Of a DNA stretch of 64,000 bases, positions 1-9,990 are shown piece by piece. The notes beneath the pieces are model-generated. The model searched no databases. It worked only from the letters and a program-made list of their open reading frames with translations, and had not been told where the DNA came from. Made by a program: the position numbers and the translations under genes. The DNA is from an uncultured Lentimicrobiaceae bacterium (GTDB taxonomy: Bacteria > Bacteroidota > Bacteroidia > Bacteroidales > WCHB1-69), in contig CAZFPO010000003.1 in the NCBI GenBank assembly GCA_964521105.1, positions 5,012-69,011 of the forward strand. Reading direction: 5' to 3'. The stretch's first letter is position 1. Every line of letters begins with the position of its first letter.

Positions 1-308
1 AAAACTTTTCAAAACAGGATTTACTCATTTCAAATAATGACGAGTTTGCCCTTAAAGCAATGACTTTTACTTCAATACGATCGCTCATGTCGCATGGATA
101 TAATACCCCTTTTTATGAAATACGAAAAAACGACATGAAAAAATTTTTTAAAAATGAGACTTTCACCCCCCTAACTACAAACACATCAAAAACATTAGTT
201 TGTGTTATGGATAATTTCGATTATAAAAAAACGATTTCTCAAACATTATTAATTGATTCAATTTTTGAAAACGATAAATTTATTGTGTTTAAAGAGTTTG
301 CACATTAA
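1..308 (+). CDS. hypothetical protein; probably the 3' end of a CDS that starts upstream of the window
   Basis: The frame of track ORF 60..308 has no stop codon back to nt 3, so it may run off the left edge. No motif recognised. Confidence 0.25.
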   Translation, partial: NFSKQDLLISNNDEFALKAMTFTSIRSLMSHGYNTPFYEIRKNDMKKFFKNETFTPLTTNTSKTLVCVMDNFDYKKTISQTLLIDSIFENDKFIVFKEFAH

Positions 309-428
309 ATTTATAAAAGGTGTTTTTTAAAAAAAAGTTGTTAAACTTTATTTTAAAATTCTGTTTTCCAAATAAATATTGTATATTACAAGGTTTATCA
401 ATATAGTATCACATATATTTTTTTCATC

Positions 429-3400
429 ATGATTAATTTGAGATATAACCTTGAATGTTTTTATAGAAAAAACTTAGGGCATTTATTATTGTTATCTTTA
501 TTATTTCCGCTTGGTGTTTTTTCGCAAACGGCACCAACTGTTTCAATTTCTGCCTCTGATGAAAGTTTTTGCAATGGGGCTACTATTTTTTTCACTGCAA
601 ATGCTCAAAATAACAGCTCTTTATCGTATTACAATTTTTTTGTAAATGGCATTAGTAAGCAAAATACTACCTCAACTTCATATTCTACTGACGAACTGGT
701 AAATAACGATAAAATTTGGACACAACTTTTTTCTTTACCATTAAACCGAGGTTATATTGATTCTTCTTTTGCTGTTGATGCTGGGTTTGATGCAGCAGTT
801 CAAACAATGGCAGTTCAAAGCGATGGAAAACTAATTGTTGCCGGCGACTTTACTGCTTATAAAGGAACATCTATTAATCGAATTATTAGATTAAATAGCG
901 ATGGGTCAATTGATAACACCTTTAATATTGGTTCGGGCTTCGATAATTCTGTTCGTACAATTGCTATTCAAAGCGATGGAAAAATTTTGGTCGGCGGAAG
1001 TTTTACTACTTATAATGGCGATACCAATCGAAGAATTATTAGACTAAATTCGGACGGAACAAAAGACATGACTTTTAGCTCAGGTAGTGGTTTTGGTAAT
1101 AATATTGTTCTTTCGATAAAAATTCAAAGTGATGGAAAAATTGTTGCGGGAGGAAGTTTTACAACGTATAATGGAACTACCCGAAATAGAATTATTAGAT
1201 TAGAAAGTAATGGATTACTTGATGCTGGATTTTCTATTGGTTCGGGTTTTAATAGCATAGTGTATAGTATTGATATTCAAAGTGATGGTAAAATATTAGT
1301 TGGGGGTATTTTTACTACTTTTAAAGGGTTGGCTCAAAACCGAATTGCTCGATTAAATTCTGATGGCTCGTTGGATAATAGCTTTTCGGTTGGCACAGGT
1401 ATAAACAATAGTGTTTTTAGCGTTGTTTGTCAAAATGACGGAAAAATCATAGTTGCAGGTAATTTTACATTTTACAATGGAAATGCAAAAAATCGAATGG
1501 TACGGTTAAATTCAGATGGTTCAATTGATAATGATTTTTTGGTTGGTTCGGGTTTTCCAGGTATTGTTTACCATTTGAATATTTTATCTGACAAACGAAT
1601 TATTGCGGTTGGAGCTTTCAGATCATATAATGGTACTAGCAGAAATAGAATTATAAGTTTAAATAATGATGGCACAATTGATTCGTTGTTCAATACAGGA
1701 ACCGGACTGAATAATGTTGCTAATGTTAGCTGTAATGATGCTTTTGGAAATATTTTAGTGGGAGGAACGTTCACTTCATACAAAGGCGTTAGTTCAAATA
1801 GAATTATTAAAATCAACAATGCTTCTAACGATTTAAATTTTGCTAATAGCGACACTGTAACCGTTAATGTTCATGCTCTTCCAAATAATGTAAGCATTAA
1901 TCCAACAAGTACCTCAATTTGTTTTGGTAATACTGCTACTATAAGTGCTTCGGGAGCATCAACTTATATTTGGAGTCATGGACTGGGAACAGATTCCATT
2001 ATTAATTTTTTACCTGAAACAACTTCAACCGTTACAGTTACCGGTTATAACGATTGGGGTTGTTATATGTCTGCAGAAGCTTCAATAATTGTTCATCCAC
2101 TACCTGAAGTATTTATTTCTCCAAATTATCCAATAATTTGTGGAGGGACCTCAGTAACGCTAAAAGCAAATGGAGCAACCTCTTATGAATGGAGCGAAGG
2201 TTTAGGCACAAATGAAGAAGTTACGTTAAGTCCGAATGAAACAAAAATATACTATGTAACCGGAACAGATGATAATAATTGCTCTAGTTCTTCACAAGTA
2301 AAAGTTAGTGTACACGAAACAACGGTTTTGTTAACTTCTGATAAAAATATCATATGTAAAAACGACACGGTTACATTTGTAGCAACATCAACTAATGCCG
2401 GAAATACACCCATTTATAACTTTCAAATAAATGGGAATGTTGTTCAAAGCAGTAGTTCAAATACATATAAAACGACTACATTGTCTCAAAACGACGTTGT
2501 AACATGTGAGTTAAATGCAACAGCTGATTCTATAGGAATGGTGGATAATAGCCTTGATGTTGGTAGTGGGTTTGATGGTATTGTTCATCAAATTGTTCGC
2601 CAAAGTGATGGAAAATTTCTTGTGGTCGGTGAGTTTACGACTTTTAATGGAGATAGTGTAAACCGAATTGTTCGATTAAATCCGAACGGTTCTCGCGATT
2701 TTAGTTTCAATTGCGGATTAGGTTTTAATAATGCTGCTCGAACTGTCTTTATTCAACCAAATGGTAAAATTTTAGTAGGTGGTTTATTCACCGATTTTAA
2801 TGGAAATGTAGCCAACAGAATTATTAGACTTAATACAGACGGTTCTATTGATAATTCATTTAATTGTGGTTCTGGATTTAATAATATTGTTTACTGTATT
2901 TTAGGTCAAAACAATGGAAAAATTCTTATTGGAGGACAATTTACAAGCTATAACAGTATTACTCATAATAGAATTGTTCAATTAAACAATGATGGAAGCG
3001 TTGATACACAATTTAATGCCGGAACTGGTTTTGGAAATAGTTATGTCTTTAAATTTAAAACTCAAACCGATGGAAAAATTTTGGCTATTGGTGCTTTTAC
3101 TAGTTATAATGGAAACTTAGGAATTAATAGAATTATTCGATTAAATGTTGATGGTACAATTGATAGTTTGTTTAATACTGGTACAGGTGCAAATATTACT
3201 GTATACGGCATTGATATTCAAAAAGATGGGAAAATAATTATTGCCGGAGCATTTACCACATTTAACGACCTTCCTAAAAATCGAATTATTAGATTAAATA
3301 GCGATGGCTCTGAAGATTTAACTTTTAATACTGGAATAGGCTTTAATAGCAATGTTTATGATATTGTTGTTCAACCAGATGATAAAATTTTAATAGGAGG

Positions 3401-6400
3401 TCAATTTACAAACTATTCCGGAAATCTAAGAAATAGATTAGTACGAGTTTTTTCTGATGGATTAATTGATAATAGTTTACAAATAGGAACGGGTTTTAAT
3501 AGTAATTGTCGCTTTGTTTTTTTACAAGATGATGGAAAAATAATAACAGGTGGTAATTTTTCAACCTATAAAGGTGATTCTGTTCCATATTTAGTTCGCC
3601 TAAACAACACCTTATGTTTCTCTCCAACGGTTGTGAGTAATAACATCGTAATGACAGTAAATCCAAACCCTGTTTTATCTGTTTTGGCAAATCCATTATC
3701 TATTTGTACCTCACAATCAACTTCAATAAAAGCTAGTAGCGATGTTGGAATAGACTCATGGACATGGAACACCGGACAATTAGTTTCCGAATTTTCCGAT
3801 TCACCGTCAACAACTCAAAAATATATTATTACAGCTACCACTTCTGCTGGTTGTAAATCAATTGATAGTGTTGAGGTTACAGTAAACCCCATTCCATCCA
3901 TCGAAATCTCTCCTTTAAATCCTACAATTTGTGAAGGAGCAACTACCACTTTAACCGCTTCTGGTGCGTTGAACTATTCGTGGAGTGATGGATTAGGAAA
4001 TAACCCAACGGCAATTGTAACATCATCTAATCCTACAACCTATTATGTTACAGCTACCGATTCACATGGATGTGTATCTACTGCAAGTACTTTTGTAAAT
4101 GTTTTATCAAACCCAGTTGTACATATTTCGCCACTTAACGCGTATGTTTGTCCATCGGGAACAATTCAGTTAGTGGCAAGCGGAGCAACTACTTACGAAT
4201 GGAGCAATGGCTTGGGAACTGGATCAACAAAAACAGTGCAGCCATTAACCACGACTGTTTATTCTGTAACAGGCTCTGCCGGAAATGGCTGTTTTTCGTA
4301 TGCCGAAAAGTTAGTTACTGTTTTTACAGATCCTCAAATTGAATTAGTGAGTGACAATAATAATGTTTGTAACGGAGTCCCCGTAACATTTACGGCAAAG
4401 GCTAAATATATTAAAAACACACCAATAATTCAGTTTTATGTAAATGGAGGCTTAGTTCAAAGTTCAACTGATTCTGTTTTTACTTCGAGTTCAATTTCAA
4501 ATGGAGATGTTGTTAAAAGTACAATGAGTAATGTTGAACAATCTCAAGGAGTGCTGGACGAAAGTTTTAATAAGTTTTCATTTAATAGTTCTATTCAAAC
4601 TGCAGCTGTAGCAAACAATGGTAAAATTTATATTGGAGGTTCTTTTACACAGGCTAATGGTGTTAGTAAAAACCGAATTATTGGATTAGAAACTAATGGA
4701 AGTGAAAATTTAGTATTTAATGTCGATAGTGGTTTTAATAACATTGTACAAGCGATTGCAGTTCAAAGCGATAATAAGGTAATTGTGGTTGGTTCGTTTA
4801 CAAAATACAAAGGGCAGCCATGCAATCGTATTGTACGTTTAAAAACTGATGGTTCAATTGATGCAGGATTTAATGTGGGTTCTGGGTTTAATAATTTAGT
4901 AAACGATGTTGTAATTCAAAGTGATGGAAAAATTTTAGTGGGTGGTAGTTTTTCGGCATATAATGGAAAAGCTTGTGTCCGAATTGCTCGTTTAAATAGC
5001 GATGGCTCTTTTGATAGTAGTTTTAATACGGGTGCTGGTTTTTCGAGTCAGGTTCGTAAAATTGCTGTTCAGAATGATGGTAAAATTGTCGTTGTTGGTG
5101 ATTTTGGCTATTTTAACGGTGTAACAAGTTCACGTATAGCACGACTTTTAGATAATGGGTCAATTGATGCTAGTTTTGTGATTGGAAATGGTTTTGCGGG
5201 TAATGCTCAAACGCTTGCCATTCAAAACGATGGTAAAATTATAGTGGGTGGAGCCTTTACTTCATACAAGGGAACATCTGTTTCGCGAATTGCTCGGTTA
5301 AATACGAATGGAACACTAGACAATACTTTTTCGATTGGTTCAGGGTTTAATAATTCGGTTTCGGTAGTTTTAGTTTTGCCTAACGATAAATATTTGGTTG
5401 GCGGGTCATTTACTTCGTATAAAGGTGTTTTAGCAAATCGAATTATTAAATTAAACTCAGATGGATCAAGTGATAATGATTTTCAAACAGGTGCAGGGTT
5501 TAATAATGTTGTAAATTCATTAACAATATCGCCCGATGGAATGATATTGGCTGGTGGAGTTTTTACTACATATCAGGGAATTACGGCTAATAAAATCGCA
5601 AAAATATCAAACAACATCTGTGATATCACTACAGCAAGCAGTAATCAAATTACGATGATTGTTGGACAGCCAGGCTGTGGAAGCAAATCGTTACAACCAA
5701 TTATTAGTATTTCAAAACAAGAATATTGTGAAAATGAAAATAGCAATTCGTTTGTACTAAAAAATTATTCTAATGAACAAATTATCTGGCAAAAAAGACA
5801 ACAGGGTAATGAATGGGTTGATGTTGGTGAAAATACTTCAATGTATTTTGATTCCAATTTGAATGCCGGTTATTGGGAATACAGGACAGTTCTGGATAAA
5901 AATACCGAAAATGAAAAAAAATCAAATTCGATCATAATTAAAGTTAACCGAATACCAAAAGCAGATTTTACCTATAAAATTAATGGGTCGAATATTGACT
6001 TTAATTATAGTGATGTGGTCGATTTATTATCATGGAATTTTGGCGATGGATTTGTCTCTGATTCTAAACAACCAACGCATATTTATGAACAGGAGGGTCA
6101 ATTTGTTGTGGCTTTAGAGGTTTCAAACGGTAATTGTAAATCATCAATTTCTAAAAATGTTGAAATTAAAAAGTCAGTAATTGCCGAAAATGAATTTAGC
6201 TTCACTGTTTATCCTAACCCATCTTTAAATGGATTGTTTAATTTGCTTTATTCTTCAGATGTAGGTCTCGAAAAAGCTAATATTCAAGTGTTTGATTCGT
6301 ATGGCAAAATAATGTACTCTGAAGTAGTTTATGAAATAAGGAAGGGTAACATTATTAAAATGGATCTTTCTAAAAACGCTGGGGGAGTTTATTTAATGAA

Positions 6401-6449
6401 AATCACTCATTCAAAAGGCTCTTTCAATATTAAATTAGCAATTAGATAA
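429..6449 (+). CDS. giant T9SS-secreted surface protein: three delta-60/DUF5122-like beta-propeller blocks, Ig-like (SprB/CHU_C-type) repeats, PKD domain, type-A T9SS C-terminal sorting domain
   Basis: ATG at 429 and an N-terminal hydrophobic signal (LLLLSLLFPLGVFSQ). There are 21 copies of an approx 51-aa unit (NRIIRLNxDGSxDxxF..GxGF...V..IxxQxDGKILVGGxFTxYxG). Ig-like units match ICxGxxxTLxAxGAxxYxWSxGLG. PKD signature WNFGDG..S....P.H.Y...G.F.V.L.V.N. The C-terminus (YPNPS...GVYLMKI...) is typical of Por_Secre_tail. Confidence 0.85.
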   Translation: MINLRYNLECFYRKNLGHLLLLSLLFPLGVFSQTAPTVSISASDESFCNGATIFFTANAQNNSSLSYYNFFVNGISKQNTTSTSYSTDELVNNDKIWTQLFSLPLNRGYIDSSFAVDAGFDAAVQTMAVQSDGKLIVAGDFTAYKGTSINRIIRLNSDGSIDNTFNIGSGFDNSVRTIAIQSDGKILVGGSFTTYNGDTNRRIIRLNSDGTKDMTFSSGSGFGNNIVLSIKIQSDGKIVAGGSFTTYNGTTRNRIIRLESNGLLDAGFSIGSGFNSIVYSIDIQSDGKILVGGIFTTFKGLAQNRIARLNSDGSLDNSFSVGTGINNSVFSVVCQNDGKIIVAGNFTFYNGNAKNRMVRLNSDGSIDNDFLVGSGFPGIVYHLNILSDKRIIAVGAFRSYNGTSRNRIISLNNDGTIDSLFNTGTGLNNVANVSCNDAFGNILVGGTFTSYKGVSSNRIIKINNASNDLNFANSDTVTVNVHALPNNVSINPTSTSICFGNTATISASGASTYIWSHGLGTDSIINFLPETTSTVTVTGYNDWGCYMSAEASIIVHPLPEVFISPNYPIICGGTSVTLKANGATSYEWSEGLGTNEEVTLSPNETKIYYVTGTDDNNCSSSSQVKVSVHETTVLLTSDKNIICKNDTVTFVATSTNAGNTPIYNFQINGNVVQSSSSNTYKTTTLSQNDVVTCELNATADSIGMVDNSLDVGSGFDGIVHQIVRQSDGKFLVVGEFTTFNGDSVNRIVRLNPNGSRDFSFNCGLGFNNAARTVFIQPNGKILVGGLFTDFNGNVANRIIRLNTDGSIDNSFNCGSGFNNIVYCILGQNNGKILIGGQFTSYNSITHNRIVQLNNDGSVDTQFNAGTGFGNSYVFKFKTQTDGKILAIGAFTSYNGNLGINRIIRLNVDGTIDSLFNTGTGANITVYGIDIQKDGKIIIAGAFTTFNDLPKNRIIRLNSDGSEDLTFNTGIGFNSNVYDIVVQPDDKILIGGQFTNYSGNLRNRLVRVFSDGLIDNSLQIGTGFNSNCRFVFLQDDGKIITGGNFSTYKGDSVPYLVRLNNTLCFSPTVVSNNIVMTVNPNPVLSVLANPLSICTSQSTSIKASSDVGIDSWTWNTGQLVSEFSDSPSTTQKYIITATTSAGCKSIDSVEVTVNPIPSIEISPLNPTICEGATTTLTASGALNYSWSDGLGNNPTAIVTSSNPTTYYVTATDSHGCVSTASTFVNVLSNPVVHISPLNAYVCPSGTIQLVASGATTYEWSNGLGTGSTKTVQPLTTTVYSVTGSAGNGCFSYAEKLVTVFTDPQIELVSDNNNVCNGVPVTFTAKAKYIKNTPIIQFYVNGGLVQSSTDSVFTSSSISNGDVVKSTMSNVEQSQGVLDESFNKFSFNSSIQTAAVANNGKIYIGGSFTQANGVSKNRIIGLETNGSENLVFNVDSGFNNIVQAIAVQSDNKVIVVGSFTKYKGQPCNRIVRLKTDGSIDAGFNVGSGFNNLVNDVVIQSDGKILVGGSFSAYNGKACVRIARLNSDGSFDSSFNTGAGFSSQVRKIAVQNDGKIVVVGDFGYFNGVTSSRIARLLDNGSIDASFVIGNGFAGNAQTLAIQNDGKIIVGGAFTSYKGTSVSRIARLNTNGTLDNTFSIGSGFNNSVSVVLVLPNDKYLVGGSFTSYKGVLANRIIKLNSDGSSDNDFQTGAGFNNVVNSLTISPDGMILAGGVFTTYQGITANKIAKISNNICDITTASSNQITMIVGQPGCGSKSLQPIISISKQEYCENENSNSFVLKNYSNEQIIWQKRQQGNEWVDVGENTSMYFDSNLNAGYWEYRTVLDKNTENEKKSNSIIIKVNRIPKADFTYKINGSNIDFNYSDVVDLLSWNFGDGFVSDSKQPTHIYEQEGQFVVALEVSNGNCKSSISKNVEIKKSVIAENEFSFTVYPNPSLNGLFNLLYSSDVGLEKANIQVFDSYGKIMYSEVVYEIRKGNIIKMDLSKNAGGVYLMKITHSKGSFNIKLAIR
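747..1817 (+). repeat. coding repeat block 1: seven tandem ~51-aa delta-60-like units (one predicted 7-bladed propeller)
   Basis: Units begin at the D..F motifs IDSSF, IDNTF, KDMTF, LDAGF, LDNSF, IDNDF, IDSLF. Confidence 0.7.
2538..3608 (+). repeat. coding repeat block 2: seven tandem delta-60-like units
   Basis: Units VDNSL, RDFSF, IDNSF, VDTQF, IDSLF, EDLTF, IDNSL. A 29-nt stretch (3279..3307) is identical to 876..904 in block 1. Confidence 0.7.
4548..5612 (+). repeat. coding repeat block 3: seven tandem delta-60-like units
   Basis: Units LDESF, ENLVF, IDAGF, FDSSF, IDASF, LDNTF, SDNDF. Confidence 0.7.
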
Positions 6450-6471
6450 TGTCATAAAACCAATTAAAAAA

Positions 6472-6516
6472 CTCTATCTTTATGGAATTAATATTAGAAA
6501 TTCTATAAAGGTAGAG
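6472..6516. terminator. hairpin between convergent genes (bidirectional terminator candidate)
   Basis: ctctatctttatggaatt (6472..6489) pairs with aattctataaaggtagag (6499..6516), 18 bp including 2 G:U pairs. It lies between the stops at 6449 (+) and 6539 (-). Confidence 0.5.
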
Positions 6517-6538
6517 TGAAGATTAACAATCTGAAATC

Positions 6539-8638
6539 CTAATAAATAGGTAATTCATAAGCTCCATCTTTTCTCAAATCGCGATAGTTTAATCCAAGTC
6601 TCTTGCAATCCTCAATCATACGTTCGATGTTTCGTGGTGAATTAGTTTGGTCGAATATCCAAAGATTTGCTTTAATTTTTCGAGAAAGAGATTCCATATC
6701 AATCCATGGACTTGAACGAATATAAGCGATATCAACATTCACGTTGGGGATTATCAATCGCTTGGAAGCCATTCGCTTATCAATAAAAAGCACGCTTCTG
6801 TTTCCAGCTAACAAATAATCGCTAGTAATCATCATCTTGTCATCAGAATAGTTTAGAGTGTCCGAAAAACAAAGTCGTACATTGGTCGATATTCGATTTC
6901 GAACTTGGGCAGCTGCGATAAAAAAAGTAGCTGCATCGGGATTTGCTAGCAAGGTAGAATCCATAATTGAAATTGCTTTATCACCATTTTTTACCTCAAT
7001 CATCGATTGATTTCTAATGGAATAAAAGGTTATTTCGGTAACCTTTTGATCTATTAATTTATCGAATGTTAGATAACTGAAAAACATAAGCCATAAACAG
7101 ATGGACGTCCACCAAACTGATTTTTTTCGGTACAACCAAAAACTAATCGTAAAAATAAAACATCCATACATTAATATCATCGAAATTAAGTCAATATCAA
7201 TATTACTACTTACTGATCCTGGCATTTGATGGATACTTACTACCATATAATTCATAAACTTTAACGACCAAACCAATAATTGATTTAAAAGAGTACTTAA
7301 ATAAGGAATAAATGAAAAACAAATTACCGCTATTCCTAAATACATAACTACACTCGATAGGAATGGGATAAGAATATTTGCAATCATAAAGTAATTTGGA
7401 AACTGATGAAAATAATAAAGGCAAATAGGAGTTGTAAGCACTTGAGCTGCAATTGAAACACTGGCTAGTTGCCAAACAACATCAATAGGTTTGTTTTTTG
7501 GATGCCATAAATTATAAATTGGTTTTTGTAACCAAACAATGCTAAAAACAGCCAAATAGGAGAGTTGAAATCCAACTCCATAAAGCAAATTGGGATTAAG
7601 AATTATCAAAAACAAGAGGGATGCAAGTAAACTGTTATAAATTGAAACGTGCCTATCGAAAATGTTACCGAAAATAACGAATGTAAACATCGTGGCAGCT
7701 CTTAATACCGATGGAGATAAACCAGTTAAGAATGCATAAAACCAAACCAATAGTAATAATAATATTGATTTGATTAATTTCCCTCCTTTCCGTTTATCTA
7801 AAAACCCAAGTAAGAAATTCAGAAATAAATAAATTACACCAACATGCATTCCCGATACGCTCAAAATATGTGAAACACCCGCACCAGAGTAGTGCTTTGC
7901 CAATTCCGGGTCAAGGTTTTCGTCGTAGCCTAATAAAATAGCAGTAATAACTCCCATTTCTTGCACATCCATTTCTTGTGATTCAAAAATGGACATAAAA
8001 TAATTTCTAACACGATAGGCTGCGTTTTGAATAACGTTTCCGTTTTCTGCTGATGTTTTTTGCCAAGCAAACGAAGGTACATAAGCCTGATATCGAATTC
8101 CTTTCCATCGCAGAAATTGACGATAATCAAATTCATAAGGATTAAGTGGAGCTGCAATTTCCGAAAATTGAGTATAAATTTTTAAACAGTCACCATATCG
8201 AATTTGTTCCGAAAGCGAGTCTCTTTGGATATAAAGCATTAGCTTTTCACTTCCCACAATGGGTATAGAGTCGCTATTGAAATGAACCGTGGCGGTGAGT
8301 TTTATGGATTTCTTTTTAACTATAGGGGCATCTATTATTTCTACCTCATAACTGTGATAGCCATTATTTACCCAATTGGGTAGGCTAAATTGCGATTTAT
8401 TAAATAGGTTTCCATAAATTAATCCAGAAAAGAAAAAGAGAACAACTACAAACATTCCCTTTATCCATCTGAGGGAATATCCAATTTTTGAATTAAAAAC
8501 AAGAAGTAAAATAAAAACAACAACAACCGTCAAAATTGTAGTAATTATTTCCACCGTATTTAATGGTGAAAATAATTCAGAAGAAACAACACCCATCAAT
8601 AAAGGCAATAATAGGCGAGATAGAGGATATTGACGCAT
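6539..8638 (-). CDS. comEC: ComEC/Rec2 family DNA internalisation channel protein
   Basis: Polytopic membrane protein with the GVSHILSVSGMHVG motif characteristic of the ComEC competence domain. The N-terminal DUF4131-like region has an OB-like insert. Confidence 0.8.
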   Translation of the reverse strand: MRQYPLSRLLLPLLMGVVSSELFSPLNTVEIITTILTVVVVFILLLVFNSKIGYSLRWIKGMFVVVLFFFSGLIYGNLFNKSQFSLPNWVNNGYHSYEVEIIDAPIVKKKSIKLTATVHFNSDSIPIVGSEKLMLYIQRDSLSEQIRYGDCLKIYTQFSEIAAPLNPYEFDYRQFLRWKGIRYQAYVPSFAWQKTSAENGNVIQNAAYRVRNYFMSIFESQEMDVQEMGVITAILLGYDENLDPELAKHYSGAGVSHILSVSGMHVGVIYLFLNFLLGFLDKRKGGKLIKSILLLLLVWFYAFLTGLSPSVLRAATMFTFVIFGNIFDRHVSIYNSLLASLLFLIILNPNLLYGVGFQLSYLAVFSIVWLQKPIYNLWHPKNKPIDVVWQLASVSIAAQVLTTPICLYYFHQFPNYFMIANILIPFLSSVVMYLGIAVICFSFIPYLSTLLNQLLVWSLKFMNYMVVSIHQMPGSVSSNIDIDLISMILMYGCFIFTISFWLYRKKSVWWTSICLWLMFFSYLTFDKLIDQKVTEITFYSIRNQSMIEVKNGDKAISIMDSTLLANPDAATFFIAAAQVRNRISTNVRLCFSDTLNYSDDKMMITSDYLLAGNRSVLFIDKRMASKRLIIPNVNVDIAYIRSSPWIDMESLSRKIKANLWIFDQTNSPRNIERMIEDCKRLGLNYRDLRKDGAYELPIY

Positions 8639-8644
8639 AAAGAC

Positions 8645-9805
8645 TTAAAACTTAATAATATCCGTATATTTTACAACCTTAACATTGGTATAATAAAATT
8701 TGATAACATCTTCGAATGAATAACCCAGTTTAATCATTTTTACAGCACCTTCTTGACTTAATCCCACGCCATGTCCATATCCTTTTCCTTTTAATATTAC
8801 GTGATCTCCTTCGGTTATTACACTAAAAAAGGAAGATTTCAGATTAAAATCACGGCGAATATTTCTGACAGGGATGCTATCTAACATGTTTTTTTGTCGC
8901 ACATCTTGTTTAAACGTTAATAACTTTGATTCATAATCCGTTACGTTTAACACCCACGGATAGTTTTTTGTAAAATAGCCCAACCATTCTTTTCTAGTAA
9001 GTTTTTTTTCCCATATTGAGTTTCTCATGCTCAAACTAAATGTATCCACTTTTGTTTTTAGGTAGGACGTTTTTATCACCCATACATCTTCGGAATTTTC
9101 TGTTTGTCCACCCGAGTTACTATGAAAAGCAGCCGAAATTAATTTTCCGTCATTATCTACTACTACATCACAAAATGTTTGAGAAACAGCCATCATTATG
9201 TTTGAATGGTTACACCTGCGTTTGTATGATTGGCAATGAACACCATCGCATAAATTATAACCATCACTCATGTGTTTCATTAAATTTGTAATGGCATAGG
9301 TGCGAACAATGATTGCTTGGATTTTAAAAAAATCGACATCTTCTGAGCTACCAAATATTTCCGATTGAACAACTCCTGCCACATAACGTTCAAGTTCCAC
9401 TCGGTTTATTAAAACAAAATTACTGTCTTCTATACTTAAATGTAGCTCATCATCATAAATTCGCTCTGGAGAGGCTTTTAATTCGGTGTTAACTTTAAAA
9501 GCATTTACTAAACCTGCTTTTTGAAAAACCAGTTCGGAAAATTCACCTAATACTTGATTGTTTTTGATTACCGAAATTTTATTGTTTTTAATTTTTAATG
9601 TAACTGGATTGTTTTTATAAATTTCCATTACTTGTTTGTCGCCCGACATCAAAATGTATTTGCCCGATATGGCTGTAAGCGTGAAAGTATTTATTTTATA
9701 ATCTGCAAAAATTCGAATATCCAAATCCAAAGAAAAGATTTTTGTTGAAAATAATATTACAATAATCAGTAGTAAGCCTTTGATATATAGTGTTTTTAGT
9801 TTCAT
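8645..9805 (-). CDS. SpoIID/LytB domain-containing protein
   Basis: Signal peptide. Motifs AAFHSNSGGQTENSEDVW and GHGVGLSQEGA are typical of the SpoIID/LytB amidase-enhancer family. It starts 6 nt upstream of the comEC start. Confidence 0.8.
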   Translation of the reverse strand: MKLKTLYIKGLLLIIVILFSTKIFSLDLDIRIFADYKINTFTLTAISGKYILMSGDKQVMEIYKNNPVTLKIKNNKISVIKNNQVLGEFSELVFQKAGLVNAFKVNTELKASPERIYDDELHLSIEDSNFVLINRVELERYVAGVVQSEIFGSSEDVDFFKIQAIIVRTYAITNLMKHMSDGYNLCDGVHCQSYKRRCNHSNIMMAVSQTFCDVVVDNDGKLISAAFHSNSGGQTENSEDVWVIKTSYLKTKVDTFSLSMRNSIWEKKLTRKEWLGYFTKNYPWVLNVTDYESKLLTFKQDVRQKNMLDSIPVRNIRRDFNLKSSFFSVITEGDHVILKGKGYGHGVGLSQEGAVKMIKLGYSFEDVIKFYYTNVKVVKYTDIIKF

Positions 9806-9939
9806 ATTGTGCCTCTCTCCGTTTGAATTGTACCTTTTAGTCGCTAAAAATAAAACAATCGGGGCGAAAAAAGACGGAAAATTTGTATTTTATGCTCACG
9901 TTTAACTGTTAATAACTTTTAATTCTGTTGTACAAAATC

Positions 9940-9983
9940 GTTGTACGAAGTATCAGACTTCGTACAACCAGACTTCGTACAAC
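9940..9983 (-). terminator. hairpin downstream of lpxB with a tandemly duplicated arm
   Basis: gttgtacgaagt (9940..9951) pairs with acttcgtacaac (9957..9968). The 15-mer cagacttcgtacaac occurs twice in tandem (9954..9968 and 9969..9983). Confidence 0.35.
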
Positions 9984-9990
9984 CAGATAT

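Noticed and set aside
429-6449. Possibility that the highly periodic sequence in the giant genes is a CRISPR array or satellite
   Set aside because: The periodicity is about 150 nt, lies in an uninterrupted ORF, and is conserved at the protein rather than the DNA level. No short identical direct repeats with unique spacers occur anywhere in the window.
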